A stretch of 28,395 nt of DNA from Candidatus Helarchaeota ASGARD archaeon Hel_GB_B (lineage in GTDB: Archaea > Asgardarchaeota > Lokiarchaeia > Helarchaeales > HEL-GB-B). The stretch covers positions 1-28,395 of the forward strand of contig SUPR01000041.1 in the NCBI GenBank assembly GCA_005191425.1. Reading direction: 5' to 3'. Made by a program: the position numbers and the translations under genes. This document shows, one piece after another, positions 9,823 through 19,400 of this stretch (the first letter of the stretch is position 1; each line of letters opens with the position of its first letter). The notes under the pieces were generated by a model that worked only from the letters and a program-made list of their open reading frames with translations, was not told the DNA's origin and did not search any database.

Positions 9823-9828
9823 AGGTGA
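9823..9828 (+). promoter_or_regulatory. Shine-Dalgarno-like site of the GTPase gene
   Basis: AGGTGA ends 4 nt before the ATG at 9833. Confidence 0.5.
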
Positions 9829-9832
9829 AATT

Positions 9833-10768
9833 ATGGAACAAAAAAAAATTGTTTTTCTAGGATTAGATAATGCCGGTAAAACTTCATTTATAAGAGCATT
9901 TGATGAAAATTATAATGAAATTCAAAATTTGACACCTACCGTTCGGATAGAGCGGTCTAATATTGAAATACTGGACGTATCGATTTCTCGCTGGGATTGT
10001 GGCGGACAAGAGAAATTTCGTAAAGAATATCTTATGGAAGAATCTCAGGTATTAACTGAAGCTGATTATGTACTTTATTTTATTGATATTATGGCTGAAG
10101 ACAGATATGATGAAGCATTAGGGTATTTGAAAGACATAATTGAAGCCTATAAATTAACTGGTTTTATACCACCTTTCATGATTTGTTTACATAAAGCAGA
10201 TCCATCTTATATTGATATTGCGACAGTAAAAAAGAAGATGCTCCCTCGGTGGGAAATAAAAGATAGAGTAAACAGACTTACCGAGCGACTATCTAAACTA
10301 TTAACCGGTGTTAGTAATTCAATTAATTTAACATCAATATATGACCGTAATTCAATTTTAATAGCTTTTTCAAAAGTCTTGAAATCATTTACCCCCAAAT
10401 CCGAATTAATAGACCTTGTTAATGTAATACTTGTTGAATTTGTAAAGAAAAATGACCTTCTCGCATCTTCAATAATTGAAAGAAAATCGTTATTATATAC
10501 TGAATTTAGTGTTGACCCAAAATCTAAAGAATTGTTCTCTGCATTATTAATGAACGGACTTATTTTTTACGAAAATATACAAGTGGTAAAACGCATATTT
10601 AAAATGACTCTTTTGATTGAGAATTATCGCGTGATGTTTACAAGTTATATAAAAAACAATCGAAGATATTTCTTAACTATAATGGCAAGGCTTGAGTCTG
10701 ATTTAACCAAAATAATCGATGAATTTGAAACCAAATATTTTGATAGGATATGTACAATAGTTGATTAA
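9833..10768 (+). CDS. Rag/Gtr1-like small GTPase with a C-terminal roadblock-like domain (Asgard eukaryotic signature protein)
   Basis: G1 GLDNAGKT, G2 PT, G3 WDCGGQ, G4 HKAD, G5 TSIYD. HKxD and TSI[WY]D are Rag-type rather than the Arf/Rab NKxD. A C-terminal alpha/beta extension of about 125 aa follows. Confidence 0.85.
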   Translation: MEQKKIVFLGLDNAGKTSFIRAFDENYNEIQNLTPTVRIERSNIEILDVSISRWDCGGQEKFRKEYLMEESQVLTEADYVLYFIDIMAEDRYDEALGYLKDIIEAYKLTGFIPPFMICLHKADPSYIDIATVKKKMLPRWEIKDRVNRLTERLSKLLTGVSNSINLTSIYDRNSILIAFSKVLKSFTPKSELIDLVNVILVEFVKKNDLLASSIIERKSLLYTEFSVDPKSKELFSALLMNGLIFYENIQVVKRIFKMTLLIENYRVMFTSYIKNNRRYFLTIMARLESDLTKIIDEFETKYFDRICTIVD

Positions 10769-11127
10769 TCTAAATAAATTTCGTATCTGATAGAATATCT
10801 TTTAAAATACATTTAAAAAACTAATATATAAATCAAAATTTATTTATTAATAAATAAATATCTTTTAATACTTTGACAATAATGTATTTAACTGGAATTT
10901 CTTAGACATTAATAACTCTGTCCTTATTTTACTCAAATTTTTAAGAAATTTATGTCGAATATCTATCCTTTAATTATGAAAAAAATAATTTTCTAATAAG
11001 ACTAATTATTAAGTATTCGTATATCAAAAATAACTATTATATTGTTAACATAGATTTAATAATTAGAATTAATCTTTACATTACAAAAAATCCAAAATAA
11101 ATTATAATTTTTTATACTCAAGAAAGA

Positions 11128-13701
11128 GTGATTGGAGTTTTTACTATGGATAAAGAAAATTCGGAGAAAATAGCTGAAGAGGTATTAACAGAATTAGGGC
11201 TTAATGATACAGAAGTATTAGCGTATTTATCAATTACTGGTAGGGGTGCTGTAAGTATTGGTGAAATTTCGATTCATTCAAATGTTAAAGAAGTTGAAGC
11301 TGAAAAAATAGTAAGAAAATTACTTGATATTGGATTGTTAAAAGAAATACCTGGAAAAATACCGCGATTTCAAGCAATACCACCATACACTGCATTATTA
11401 AAACAATTAGATGAGTTTCAAAGTGAAATTTCTGAGTTGAGAGAACGAGTCCCACTGGAATTAAAAAATCAATTCTCATTATTTGTTGATAGTATGGGGG
11501 AGATTACTGGTCTTCAGGATTTTCTTGCTTATGTAAGATTAATTAAAGACGAAGTTCCGCAAGCAATGGTACAACAATTCAACAAATTTGAAAGTGAATT
11601 TGAGAAATTTAAGCAGATTGAGCAATTTAGTGATTTTATAAATACTATTAAAACTGAAATTCCAAAACAATTGTCAAATAAACTTCAAAATATGCAAAAA
11701 CAAGTATTATCCACTTCTGGACTTGAGAATTTTAGAGAATTAGTAAAATATTTAAAACAAGAAATTCCGGAACAATTACAAACTGAATTTAAAAATATAG
11801 AAACTCAAACAAAAAATGTTTCTGGATTTCAAAATATGTTAAATTTTATTAATAATGCAAAATCTTCCATACCTGATAAGATGATGTCGCAATTTAATGC
11901 GATAGAAGACGAATTTAAAAAAATTTCTGGTCTTAAGGATTTAAGAAATTTTGTTTCTGATTTAAGCAAAAATATTCCTTCAAAATTAGCAACTCAATTT
12001 AATAGTATTGAGAACGAAGTGAAAAAAGTAAGTGGAATGGAAGAATTAGCCAATTATGCAGCTCAATTAGCTACTACTATCCCAGCTAAAATGACTTCTG
12101 AATTTTCTGAAATTGATAATCGATTAAAAAATGTAAGTGAACTTGTTTCTTTCAAGGCTTTCATTCAAAACCTAAAAGAAAATATACCCCAAGAGTTGAG
12201 TTCTGAATTTGCAAAATTTAAAGAAGAGATTCAAAAAGTTAGAGGGAAAATAATCAACACTTCTCAAGAACAATTCAGTGAATGGCTCGCTATTATGGAC
12301 GATATTTTCAGAGATTATATCAACCAATTTATACAAGATATTGCTATTGGTGAGATTGAAAAATTAAGGTTATTTTTTGAAAAGCAAATCATTTTAGGAG
12401 TTACCAATATTTTGTCAAAAGTAGAAAACCAAGTAGTCCAAGCGTCCTCTAGTGTGTCTCAAGAATTTGAGCGCTTAAGAAAATGGCTTTCTGAAAATGT
12501 TATTAAAAGAGTTCAAATTGCGCTTTCGGAAGTTCAGACAAGTGCTACTGTAGTATCAACTGCGGTTGATCAAGGTATAAAAACGTTAGGTGATTGGTTT
12601 ACTGCCAAAGTCGTTAAACAATTAAGCTCCACGCTTTCTGAAATTGAAAAAGGAGCAAACGAAGCAGTTAAAAATATTGAGAGCAGTGTCGGGCATTTAA
12701 AAGAGTGGTTAACCAGTGATGTCATAAACAGGTTTACTGCAGCATTGAACGAAGTAGAACAAGGTTCTAATGAAGCTTATATGTCTGTAGAACAAGGATT
12801 CCAAAATCTTGAATCATGGTTTAGGTCTGAGGTAATTCAGAACATAACCACTGCTCTAGAAGAAGTTGAGCACGGAGCTGACTCTGCTACTGATCTCATC
12901 CAAAAGGAATTTGAAAAATTTAACTCTACAATTGGTGATAAAATTATCTCTACAGTTGACGAAATAATATCCAACTTATCTTCTCAAATTTCAGAAGCAT
13001 CTAAACTTGTTACTGAAGGTTTTGCTGGTTTAAAATCTCAGTTAGAAACTAATGTTGTAGAAACTGCAAAGACTACTCTGGCAAAAGTCGAGGAAAAAGT
13101 TGGTTCAGCTTCCGAAGTAATTTCTAAATCAATGGACGGTATGCGACAGACTTATTCTGATAAAGTCGTATCCGCAACTCAAAAAATGCTAGACGATGTA
13201 GCTGAAAGGATAAATCGATCTCAAATTACTATGTATTCTCTATGGGAACGCGCAAAATCTATGGTGACTTACAAATTTGATGAAGTTTGGTTTGTTATTG
13301 GGCGCGAGGCTGCTATTGCACAAATCAATGAAACTATTAGCAGAGTAAAAGCTAGAATTCTCATTGTAGCCCCAAGCTTAGAAGATATTGATATAGTGCC
13401 AATTCTAAGCACTAAATCTCATATAGCTGTTAGAATCGCGACTTATGTCGACCTTAATTCTCGAGATCATATGGATAGACTTCATAAACTAGCACAAAAA
13501 GAAAATCTACAAATCAGAAATTATCCCGATAAAAACATTTGGGGGATTTCTAGGGAAAATGAGGAGGTGTTTATTGGAGCTGTATCTGCGAGTACTGGCG
13601 AAATTGCCGGAATTGCATCTGTCATTGGTGAACACCAAAAAATGTTTGTCCCCATCTTGGAAGACTGCTGGTTAAAAGCAAAAAAGTATGTAATGAAATA
13701 A
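11128..13701 (+). CDS. TrmB-like winged-helix protein with a long helical-repeat insert and a TrmB-like C-terminal domain
   Basis: N-terminal LTELGLNDTEVLAYL...LLDIGLL...RFQAIPP matches the TrmB wHTH. The C-terminal ~145 aa (WFVIGREAAIAQINETISRVKARILIVAP) resembles the TrmB effector/PLD-like fold. The start may be ATG 11146. Confidence 0.7.
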   Translation: MIGVFTMDKENSEKIAEEVLTELGLNDTEVLAYLSITGRGAVSIGEISIHSNVKEVEAEKIVRKLLDIGLLKEIPGKIPRFQAIPPYTALLKQLDEFQSEISELRERVPLELKNQFSLFVDSMGEITGLQDFLAYVRLIKDEVPQAMVQQFNKFESEFEKFKQIEQFSDFINTIKTEIPKQLSNKLQNMQKQVLSTSGLENFRELVKYLKQEIPEQLQTEFKNIETQTKNVSGFQNMLNFINNAKSSIPDKMMSQFNAIEDEFKKISGLKDLRNFVSDLSKNIPSKLATQFNSIENEVKKVSGMEELANYAAQLATTIPAKMTSEFSEIDNRLKNVSELVSFKAFIQNLKENIPQELSSEFAKFKEEIQKVRGKIINTSQEQFSEWLAIMDDIFRDYINQFIQDIAIGEIEKLRLFFEKQIILGVTNILSKVENQVVQASSSVSQEFERLRKWLSENVIKRVQIALSEVQTSATVVSTAVDQGIKTLGDWFTAKVVKQLSSTLSEIEKGANEAVKNIESSVGHLKEWLTSDVINRFTAALNEVEQGSNEAYMSVEQGFQNLESWFRSEVIQNITTALEEVEHGADSATDLIQKEFEKFNSTIGDKIISTVDEIISNLSSQISEASKLVTEGFAGLKSQLETNVVETAKTTLAKVEEKVGSASEVISKSMDGMRQTYSDKVVSATQKMLDDVAERINRSQITMYSLWERAKSMVTYKFDEVWFVIGREAAIAQINETISRVKARILIVAPSLEDIDIVPILSTKSHIAVRIATYVDLNSRDHMDRLHKLAQKENLQIRNYPDKNIWGISRENEEVFIGAVSASTGEIAGIASVIGEHQKMFVPILEDCWLKAKKYVMK
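11443..12240 (+). repeat. About 7.6 protein-level repeats of 35 aa
   Basis: Units with [IV]P at positions 3-4 recur exactly every 35 residues from aa 106: ERVPLELKNQF, DEVPQAMVQQF, TEIPKQLSNKL, QEIPEQLQTEF, SSIPDKMMSQF, KNIPSKLATQF, TTIPAKMTSEF, ENIPQELSSEF. They are diverged at the DNA level. Confidence 0.85.
12373..13260 (+). repeat. Eight protein-level repeats of 37 aa
   Basis: aa 416-711. Four consecutive units start with Trp exactly 37 residues apart (WLSENVI, WFTAKVV, WLTSDVI, WFRSEVI). The flanking units keep the hydrophobic register, and the array ends where the C-terminal domain begins (13261). Confidence 0.75.
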
Positions 13702-13804
13702 ACTCTATCTTTTATTTTATTTAATTTTAACCTTATTTATTTTTTAATAAACATTATTTGACAATTAAATTCAAATAATTCAAATTTAATTTTAAAATGC
13801 TAAA

Positions 13805-16132
13805 ATGAAAAAACATGCGACCATTATTATCAGTGGTATTGTACAAGGCGTTGGGTTTAGACCATTTATCTATATGGTAGCAGATTCATTAGGACTAAAT
13901 GGTAATGTATTAAATATGGGCAATGCAGGAGTTAAAATAGAAATCGAAGGGGAAGAAGATATCATAAATGAATTTATTAAAAAGATTAGATCTGATAAAC
14001 CAAAAATTTCCTCAATTGACGATTTGACAGTCCGGTGGTCTGACCGGTTAAAAAATTTTCTCAATTTTAATATTTTGAAAAGCATTGACGAAAAAGGAGA
14101 AAGCCTTGTATTACCCCCTGATATAGCAATTTGCGAGGAATGCCTAAAAGATTTTCAAGATAAAAAAAATCTACGTTTTTTTGAATATCCTTTTATTGCT
14201 TGTGCTCAATGCGGCCCACGATTTACAAGTGTCATTGATCTTCCCTATGACCGAGATAGGACAACAATGAAAAATTTCCCATTTTGTCCAGATTGTGATA
14301 AAGAATATAAAACAATTGGAAACCGCCGATTTCATGCTCAAACTTTTGCATGTAGAAATTGTGGCCCAAAATTCACTTTAAAGGAAAAAAATGGTGAGAC
14401 TTTATCTACTAAAAACCCAATTAAGACTGCAATGCAACTTTTAGATGAAGGAAATATAATCGCTATTAAAGGAATTGGTGGAATTCATATTGCATGCAAG
14501 ACTACTTCTGACGATACTATCTCCAAACTCCGTAAAAGAAAAAAACGCATAGCCAAGCCATTTGCAATTATGTGTCAAGACTTTAAAACACTTCAAACTT
14601 TTGCTTCACCCTCCCAATTAGAAATTACTGCACTAACTTCCTTCAGAAGACCGATTGTTTTAGTTAAAAAGTCTTATGATTATTATCTTTCTGACCTAAT
14701 TGCTCCAGACTTAGACTCAATCGGCGTCTTTTTACCATACTCTGGGATCCACTATTTATTATTTAAATATACAAATGAACCCGCAATAGTCTTAACTTCT
14801 GCTAATCGGTCTGATGAACCAATGATAATTTCAAATGAAGTTGCACTAAGAAAGTTAAATGACCTTGCTGATTATTTTCTATTACATGACAGAATTATTT
14901 ATCAACGTGCTGATGACTCAGTATTAATTGTAAATCAAGGTATACCTACATTAATACGAAGGTCTAGAGGATATGTCCCTCAATGGATCAATACTCCTAT
15001 CAATATTGATGATGTGGTAGTTGCACTCGGAGCTGAAGAACGAAATACCGGGTGTATCTTAAAAAGAGGTCGTGCGTATTTTACACAGCATATTGGTAAC
15101 TTGACAAATATAGACCAATTTGAATTTGAGATAAGTGCTATTAAGCACCTTATGAAGCTAACTAGAACTCAAGATGCAAAAATTTATTCATGCGATTTAC
15201 ACCCCCAATTTTTAAGTACAAGACTTGCATTTGAACTAGCTAAAGAAAAATCCGCAAAAATTATCCCAGTCCAGCATCATTTTGCACACGCAGCCAGTTT
15301 AATGGCTGAACATAATTTAAAAGAGCCCATTATCTGTATTTCATGCGATGGTTTTGGTTTTGGTCTGGACGGGACTGCATGGGGAGGTGAAATAATTCTA
15401 AGTAATTATTCTAAAATGGAGCGCCTCGGGCATATAGAACAATATATGATGCCAGGCGGAGATCTTTGTACAAAATACCCTGTAAGAATGCTCAGCTCTA
15501 TTTTATCTAAAATTTTTTCATTTGACGAGCTTCGACTATTTATTAAAAATAAATATGTTAAATACCTTCCTTATAGAGAAAAAGAACTCGAAATTTTGAT
15601 TAAACAACTCCAGAACAAAATCAATCTACCCAAAACCACCAGTTGTGGACGAGTATTAGATGCGATCTCCGCACTTCTAGATATCTGTTATGTCCGTACA
15701 TATGAAGGGGAGCCTGCTATGAAATTAGAGGCTTTTGCGAGAAAAAGTGAACAAATAGAGCATATTTTAGAACCCCAAATACATAAAATTAATGGAAAAT
15801 TAGTATTAAATACAACGATATTATTTGAAGAATTAATAAATTCATTAAAAAATCATGTCAATAAAAGTATTTTAGCATACCAAGCTCAAGATTATATCAG
15901 CAGAGGGCTTGCCTCTATTGCAATAACATTAGCTGAAAAATACGATATTAAATTAATCGGATTCTCAGGTGGAGTCGCATTTAATACTATTTTTACTCAT
16001 AATATTAAAGAAGAAATCACTAAAAACGGTCTAAAATTTATTCAACATAGACAGGTCCCACCTGGAGATGGAGGAATTTCCTTAGGACAAGCTGTTATTG
16101 CTGCCTCAAAATTTATTAAATTTGAATTCTAA
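13805..16132 (+). CDS. hypF: [NiFe]-hydrogenase maturation carbamoyltransferase HypF
   Basis: Acylphosphatase domain (GIVQGVGFRPF), two Zn fingers (CEEC..CAQCGPRF; CPDC..CRNCGP), YrdC-like domain (KGIGGIH, TSAN), Kae1-like domain (DLHP, QHHFAH, PPGDGGISLGQ). Confidence 0.97.
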   Translation: MKKHATIIISGIVQGVGFRPFIYMVADSLGLNGNVLNMGNAGVKIEIEGEEDIINEFIKKIRSDKPKISSIDDLTVRWSDRLKNFLNFNILKSIDEKGESLVLPPDIAICEECLKDFQDKKNLRFFEYPFIACAQCGPRFTSVIDLPYDRDRTTMKNFPFCPDCDKEYKTIGNRRFHAQTFACRNCGPKFTLKEKNGETLSTKNPIKTAMQLLDEGNIIAIKGIGGIHIACKTTSDDTISKLRKRKKRIAKPFAIMCQDFKTLQTFASPSQLEITALTSFRRPIVLVKKSYDYYLSDLIAPDLDSIGVFLPYSGIHYLLFKYTNEPAIVLTSANRSDEPMIISNEVALRKLNDLADYFLLHDRIIYQRADDSVLIVNQGIPTLIRRSRGYVPQWINTPINIDDVVVALGAEERNTGCILKRGRAYFTQHIGNLTNIDQFEFEISAIKHLMKLTRTQDAKIYSCDLHPQFLSTRLAFELAKEKSAKIIPVQHHFAHAASLMAEHNLKEPIICISCDGFGFGLDGTAWGGEIILSNYSKMERLGHIEQYMMPGGDLCTKYPVRMLSSILSKIFSFDELRLFIKNKYVKYLPYREKELEILIKQLQNKINLPKTTSCGRVLDAISALLDICYVRTYEGEPAMKLEAFARKSEQIEHILEPQIHKINGKLVLNTTILFEELINSLKNHVNKSILAYQAQDYISRGLASIAITLAEKYDIKLIGFSGGVAFNTIFTHNIKEEITKNGLKFIQHRQVPPGDGGISLGQAVIAASKFIKFEF

Positions 16133-16240
16133 TAATAAATTCAATTTTAAACTTTTATAACAGTTTAATATTAAAAAAGGTCTTGTTGTTTAAATAAAAG
16201 GGAGTAAAAAGTTTCTAATTTTAGGTAAAAAAAATAATTT

Positions 16241-17944
16241 TTAGATTTTTATCTCTTCATTGTATGGAAGATATGCCATATTGACTATATAATTCGAGAA
16301 ACTCGTTGAATAGTATTGGAACCAGAGGTCCTTCATTTCTTCGATTAATGCTTGTTCAAGATCATCTGGTAACATCTTGTTTACCCAAATAGTCCTGCCA
16401 TCTGGGGTTGCTGTTATTTCCCCATCTTTAACCACTACAATTCCATTTTTTATTGTATAAATTGCCTTGGCAAACCCTTTTTCTATTTTGTGTGCGTCTT
16501 TTTCTTCGAGTCCAATATTATATATTGCCACATCGCCCAATGCACCTTCTCCTAAATGTCCTCTGTTGTTTAACCCTAATACTTTAGCTGTTCCTGCTCT
16601 CGTAACTATTGCTATTTCTTCTAGTGTCATTTCGCGGTCTATGCTCGGGAGTGTTGTACGTTCAGATGCCTCAGATTTCATGGTCTTAAGCTCTTCATCT
16701 CGGGCCTTTTTTGACATTAACCATGATATAACTTTTGGGTAGAAAATGAAAGGCCCTCCATTTGGATGGTCAGTCGTGAGAAATATTTTCCATGGATCAT
16801 TTATACTCAACATTATTTCTAATCCAATAGCCCATTGGATAGCATTTACGGCTGTGCTCTTTTTAAATATGTATGGGACTATTCCAGAACTGGTTTCCGC
16901 CTCCACATCGGCATTTATCCATTTTATTCCGCCAGGTATGAAATTTGCAAGTCCTGTTATATTTTGAAGTCCAAATTCCCAAGGCCCATCGGCTGTCATG
17001 GTCGTAGTATTGCCAAAGATTACTTGCCCCATATCACAAGTTATATGGTCATGTTCATTAATATATTTTGCAAGAGTTGGTCCCTCTGAGCAAAAGTCTT
17101 TCCAACTTGTCCCGCCATAGGAATTAAACTGGATATGTGTTATATGAAAGTTATTTTTTCTTGAAGTGTTTCCATTGATACCTTCTACAGCTTTAAAGGT
17201 AGCCAAAGTTGTTTCGTAGCAACCTGGGTGCCCTAAATTGTTTGTATGAACATGAATCGTGTGCGGTAATTTTAATTTTTCGTTAGCTTTACATAAAGCA
17301 GTAACTATCTGCCTTGCAGTAACTTCCCAACCTAAATTTGGATCATCAATACTCTCTACATTTTTTCCCCATTTCCAAGATTCGTCACCGCCTGGATTCA
17401 CTATTTTCACTGCATAACCTCTTGTAGCTTTAATCAACCAAGCAACATATGCCGTTAAATATTCAAAGTTATCTTCAAGAATATATTTCATAATAAACCA
17501 ATTATTTCCCATTAAAGGAAAACAAGCTTTATCAATAATGGGCATGTCCAGAAACTCTTCATGGGTATGTATTGTTTTTAGTGGTGGAGTTGCTGGTTCA
17601 AATACTGTAGTATATCCCATTTGTGCATATCTATATGCAGTAACAAAAGTTGATGGTACTGAATAACCGGTGCCTGATCTGGTAATATCTGTTTTCTTAA
17701 CGGGATCTTTTATATGATCTTCAGGTCGGAGTATACGACCTTTATTGACTTTAGCACCCGATATATGAGAATGAAGATCAACTCCTCCAGGCATTACTAT
17801 GAGTCCAGAAGCATCAATAACTTTAGCACCTTTAGGTGCACTTGAAACTATTACTCCATCCTTAATGTATATGTCTTTTTTCTCACAGATTTTGTTAAGT
17901 GGGTCAATTACGAAGCCATTCTTAATAATTAGTGGTTTAACCAT
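16241..17944 (-). CDS. fwdA: Formylmethanofuran dehydrogenase subunit A (amidohydrolase)
   Basis: GGVDLHSHISG, YRYAQMGYTTVFEP, KIVNPGG, HVHTNNLG, TDHPNGGPF. The likely start is ATG 17944 (MVKPLIIKNG), which has GGTG upstream, rather than 18004. Confidence 0.95.
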   Translation of the reverse strand: MVKPLIIKNGFVIDPLNKICEKKDIYIKDGVIVSSAPKGAKVIDASGLIVMPGGVDLHSHISGAKVNKGRILRPEDHIKDPVKKTDITRSGTGYSVPSTFVTAYRYAQMGYTTVFEPATPPLKTIHTHEEFLDMPIIDKACFPLMGNNWFIMKYILEDNFEYLTAYVAWLIKATRGYAVKIVNPGGDESWKWGKNVESIDDPNLGWEVTARQIVTALCKANEKLKLPHTIHVHTNNLGHPGCYETTLATFKAVEGINGNTSRKNNFHITHIQFNSYGGTSWKDFCSEGPTLAKYINEHDHITCDMGQVIFGNTTTMTADGPWEFGLQNITGLANFIPGGIKWINADVEAETSSGIVPYIFKKSTAVNAIQWAIGLEIMLSINDPWKIFLTTDHPNGGPFIFYPKVISWLMSKKARDEELKTMKSEASERTTLPSIDREMTLEEIAIVTRAGTAKVLGLNNRGHLGEGALGDVAIYNIGLEEKDAHKIEKGFAKAIYTIKNGIVVVKDGEITATPDGRTIWVNKMLPDDLEQALIEEMKDLWFQYYSTSFSNYIVNMAYLPYNEEIKI

Positions 17945-18365
17945 TAAAAAGCACCATAGATAAATTATATTAATATGATTATTGTTAGATAACAAAATTA
18001 GCAAATATTAAAATTTTGTGTATAGTTTTGATGTATAAGTTTAATTTTTTTTCTTGATTATTTAAAATTTTTGATTTTAATTATTTTATTAAATTTTAAA
18101 TACGTCCCCTATCATATAATTTAAATTATTTTAGTTTGTAAATTAAACTAATAAATTCCAGAATTTTTTATTAATATATTTTCTATTATACAATAAATTA
18201 CGGAAAAAAAACTCTTTTCCTTGTTTATATTTTTAGATCAATTTTCTCAAAACACTTAAATAATGAAACAGCAAAAATTAATTAACTTATTCTTTATTTT
18301 TGATTATAATTAATTAAAATAATTATTATAATAAAAAAATAAAATTAAAAAGAGACTGAACTAAA

Positions 18366-19361
18366 ATGAGTGAAGAAGTCAAAGTTTTTTTTGATAAAGA
18401 CGCAGATTTGGGGGTACTAAAAGATAAAATTGTAGCTGTAATTGGATATGGTAATCAAGGAAAATCTCAAGCCTTAAATCTAAGGGACAGTAAAATTAAT
18501 GTTATAATTGGGAATATAGACGACGAATACAAAAATGATGCAGAAAAAGATGGCTTTGTAGTTTATTCCATTCCGGAAGCAGTTAAAAAAGCTGATATAA
18601 TAATGTTGCTAATTCCTGATGAAGTTATGGTCGAAGTCATAAAAGAAAAAATATTACCTTCTCTCACGGAAAACAAAGTAGTTTCATTTGCATCTGGATA
18701 TAATATAGCGTTTAATTTAATTGAATTACCTAAAAATATAGACATAATTTTATTGGCGCCCAGAATGATTGGACCAGGGGTAAGGAGTTTGTATAAAGAA
18801 GGATTTTATAGCTTTATTGGTGTCCACCAAGACCACTCTAAAATGGCTAAAAAAATTGTTTTAGCACTTGCAAAAGCGATTGGTTCGACTAGAAAAGGTG
18901 TAATTGAAACTACTATGGAACAAGAAGCTGCACTTGACCTTTTCACGGAGCAATGTTTTGGTCCGGCATTTGGGCAGGTTTTAATGGCATCTTTTCAACT
19001 CCTTTTGGAAGAAGGATACCCTCCTGAAGCTATATTAGTGGAATTATACATGTCTGGCGAAATGTCATATACATGGAAAACAATTGCTGAAGAAGGCTTT
19101 ATTGACCAAATGGTACACCATTCACGGACAAGTCAATATGGTAGCTTAAGTCGCGGCGTATATTATGTAAAATTTATGGAACCTATAAAAGAACAGATGA
19201 AAGAAGTATTTCAAAAAATAGTTTCTGGAAAATTTGCTAAAGAATGGCAGAAAGAACAGAAAAAAGGCGAAAAAACACTAAAAATGTTATTTGCCAGTGC
19301 TAAAAAAACATTACTTGCAGAAACAGAACGCAAGGTACGCGAAAAATTAAGATTAAAATAA
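18366..19361 (+). CDS. ilvC: Ketol-acid reductoisomerase-like protein (class I, non-canonical active site)
   Basis: GYGNQGKSQALNLRDS Rossmann motif, LLIPDE, DLFTEQ metal motif and SRTSQYG. It has FASGYN and APRMIG where canonical enzymes have FAHGFN and APKxPG. Confidence 0.8.
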   Translation: MSEEVKVFFDKDADLGVLKDKIVAVIGYGNQGKSQALNLRDSKINVIIGNIDDEYKNDAEKDGFVVYSIPEAVKKADIIMLLIPDEVMVEVIKEKILPSLTENKVVSFASGYNIAFNLIELPKNIDIILLAPRMIGPGVRSLYKEGFYSFIGVHQDHSKMAKKIVLALAKAIGSTRKGVIETTMEQEAALDLFTEQCFGPAFGQVLMASFQLLLEEGYPPEAILVELYMSGEMSYTWKTIAEEGFIDQMVHHSRTSQYGSLSRGVYYVKFMEPIKEQMKEVFQKIVSGKFAKEWQKEQKKGEKTLKMLFASAKKTLLAETERKVREKLRLK

Positions 19362-19400
19362 ATTCTATTGAATAAAAGTTATCTGCTCTTTTTAAATTTT

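Noticed and set aside
8670-14085. Minus-strand ORFs 8670..8876, 10207..10398, 11285..11479 and 13870..14085
   Set aside because: They are antisense to well-supported genes and have no independent features.
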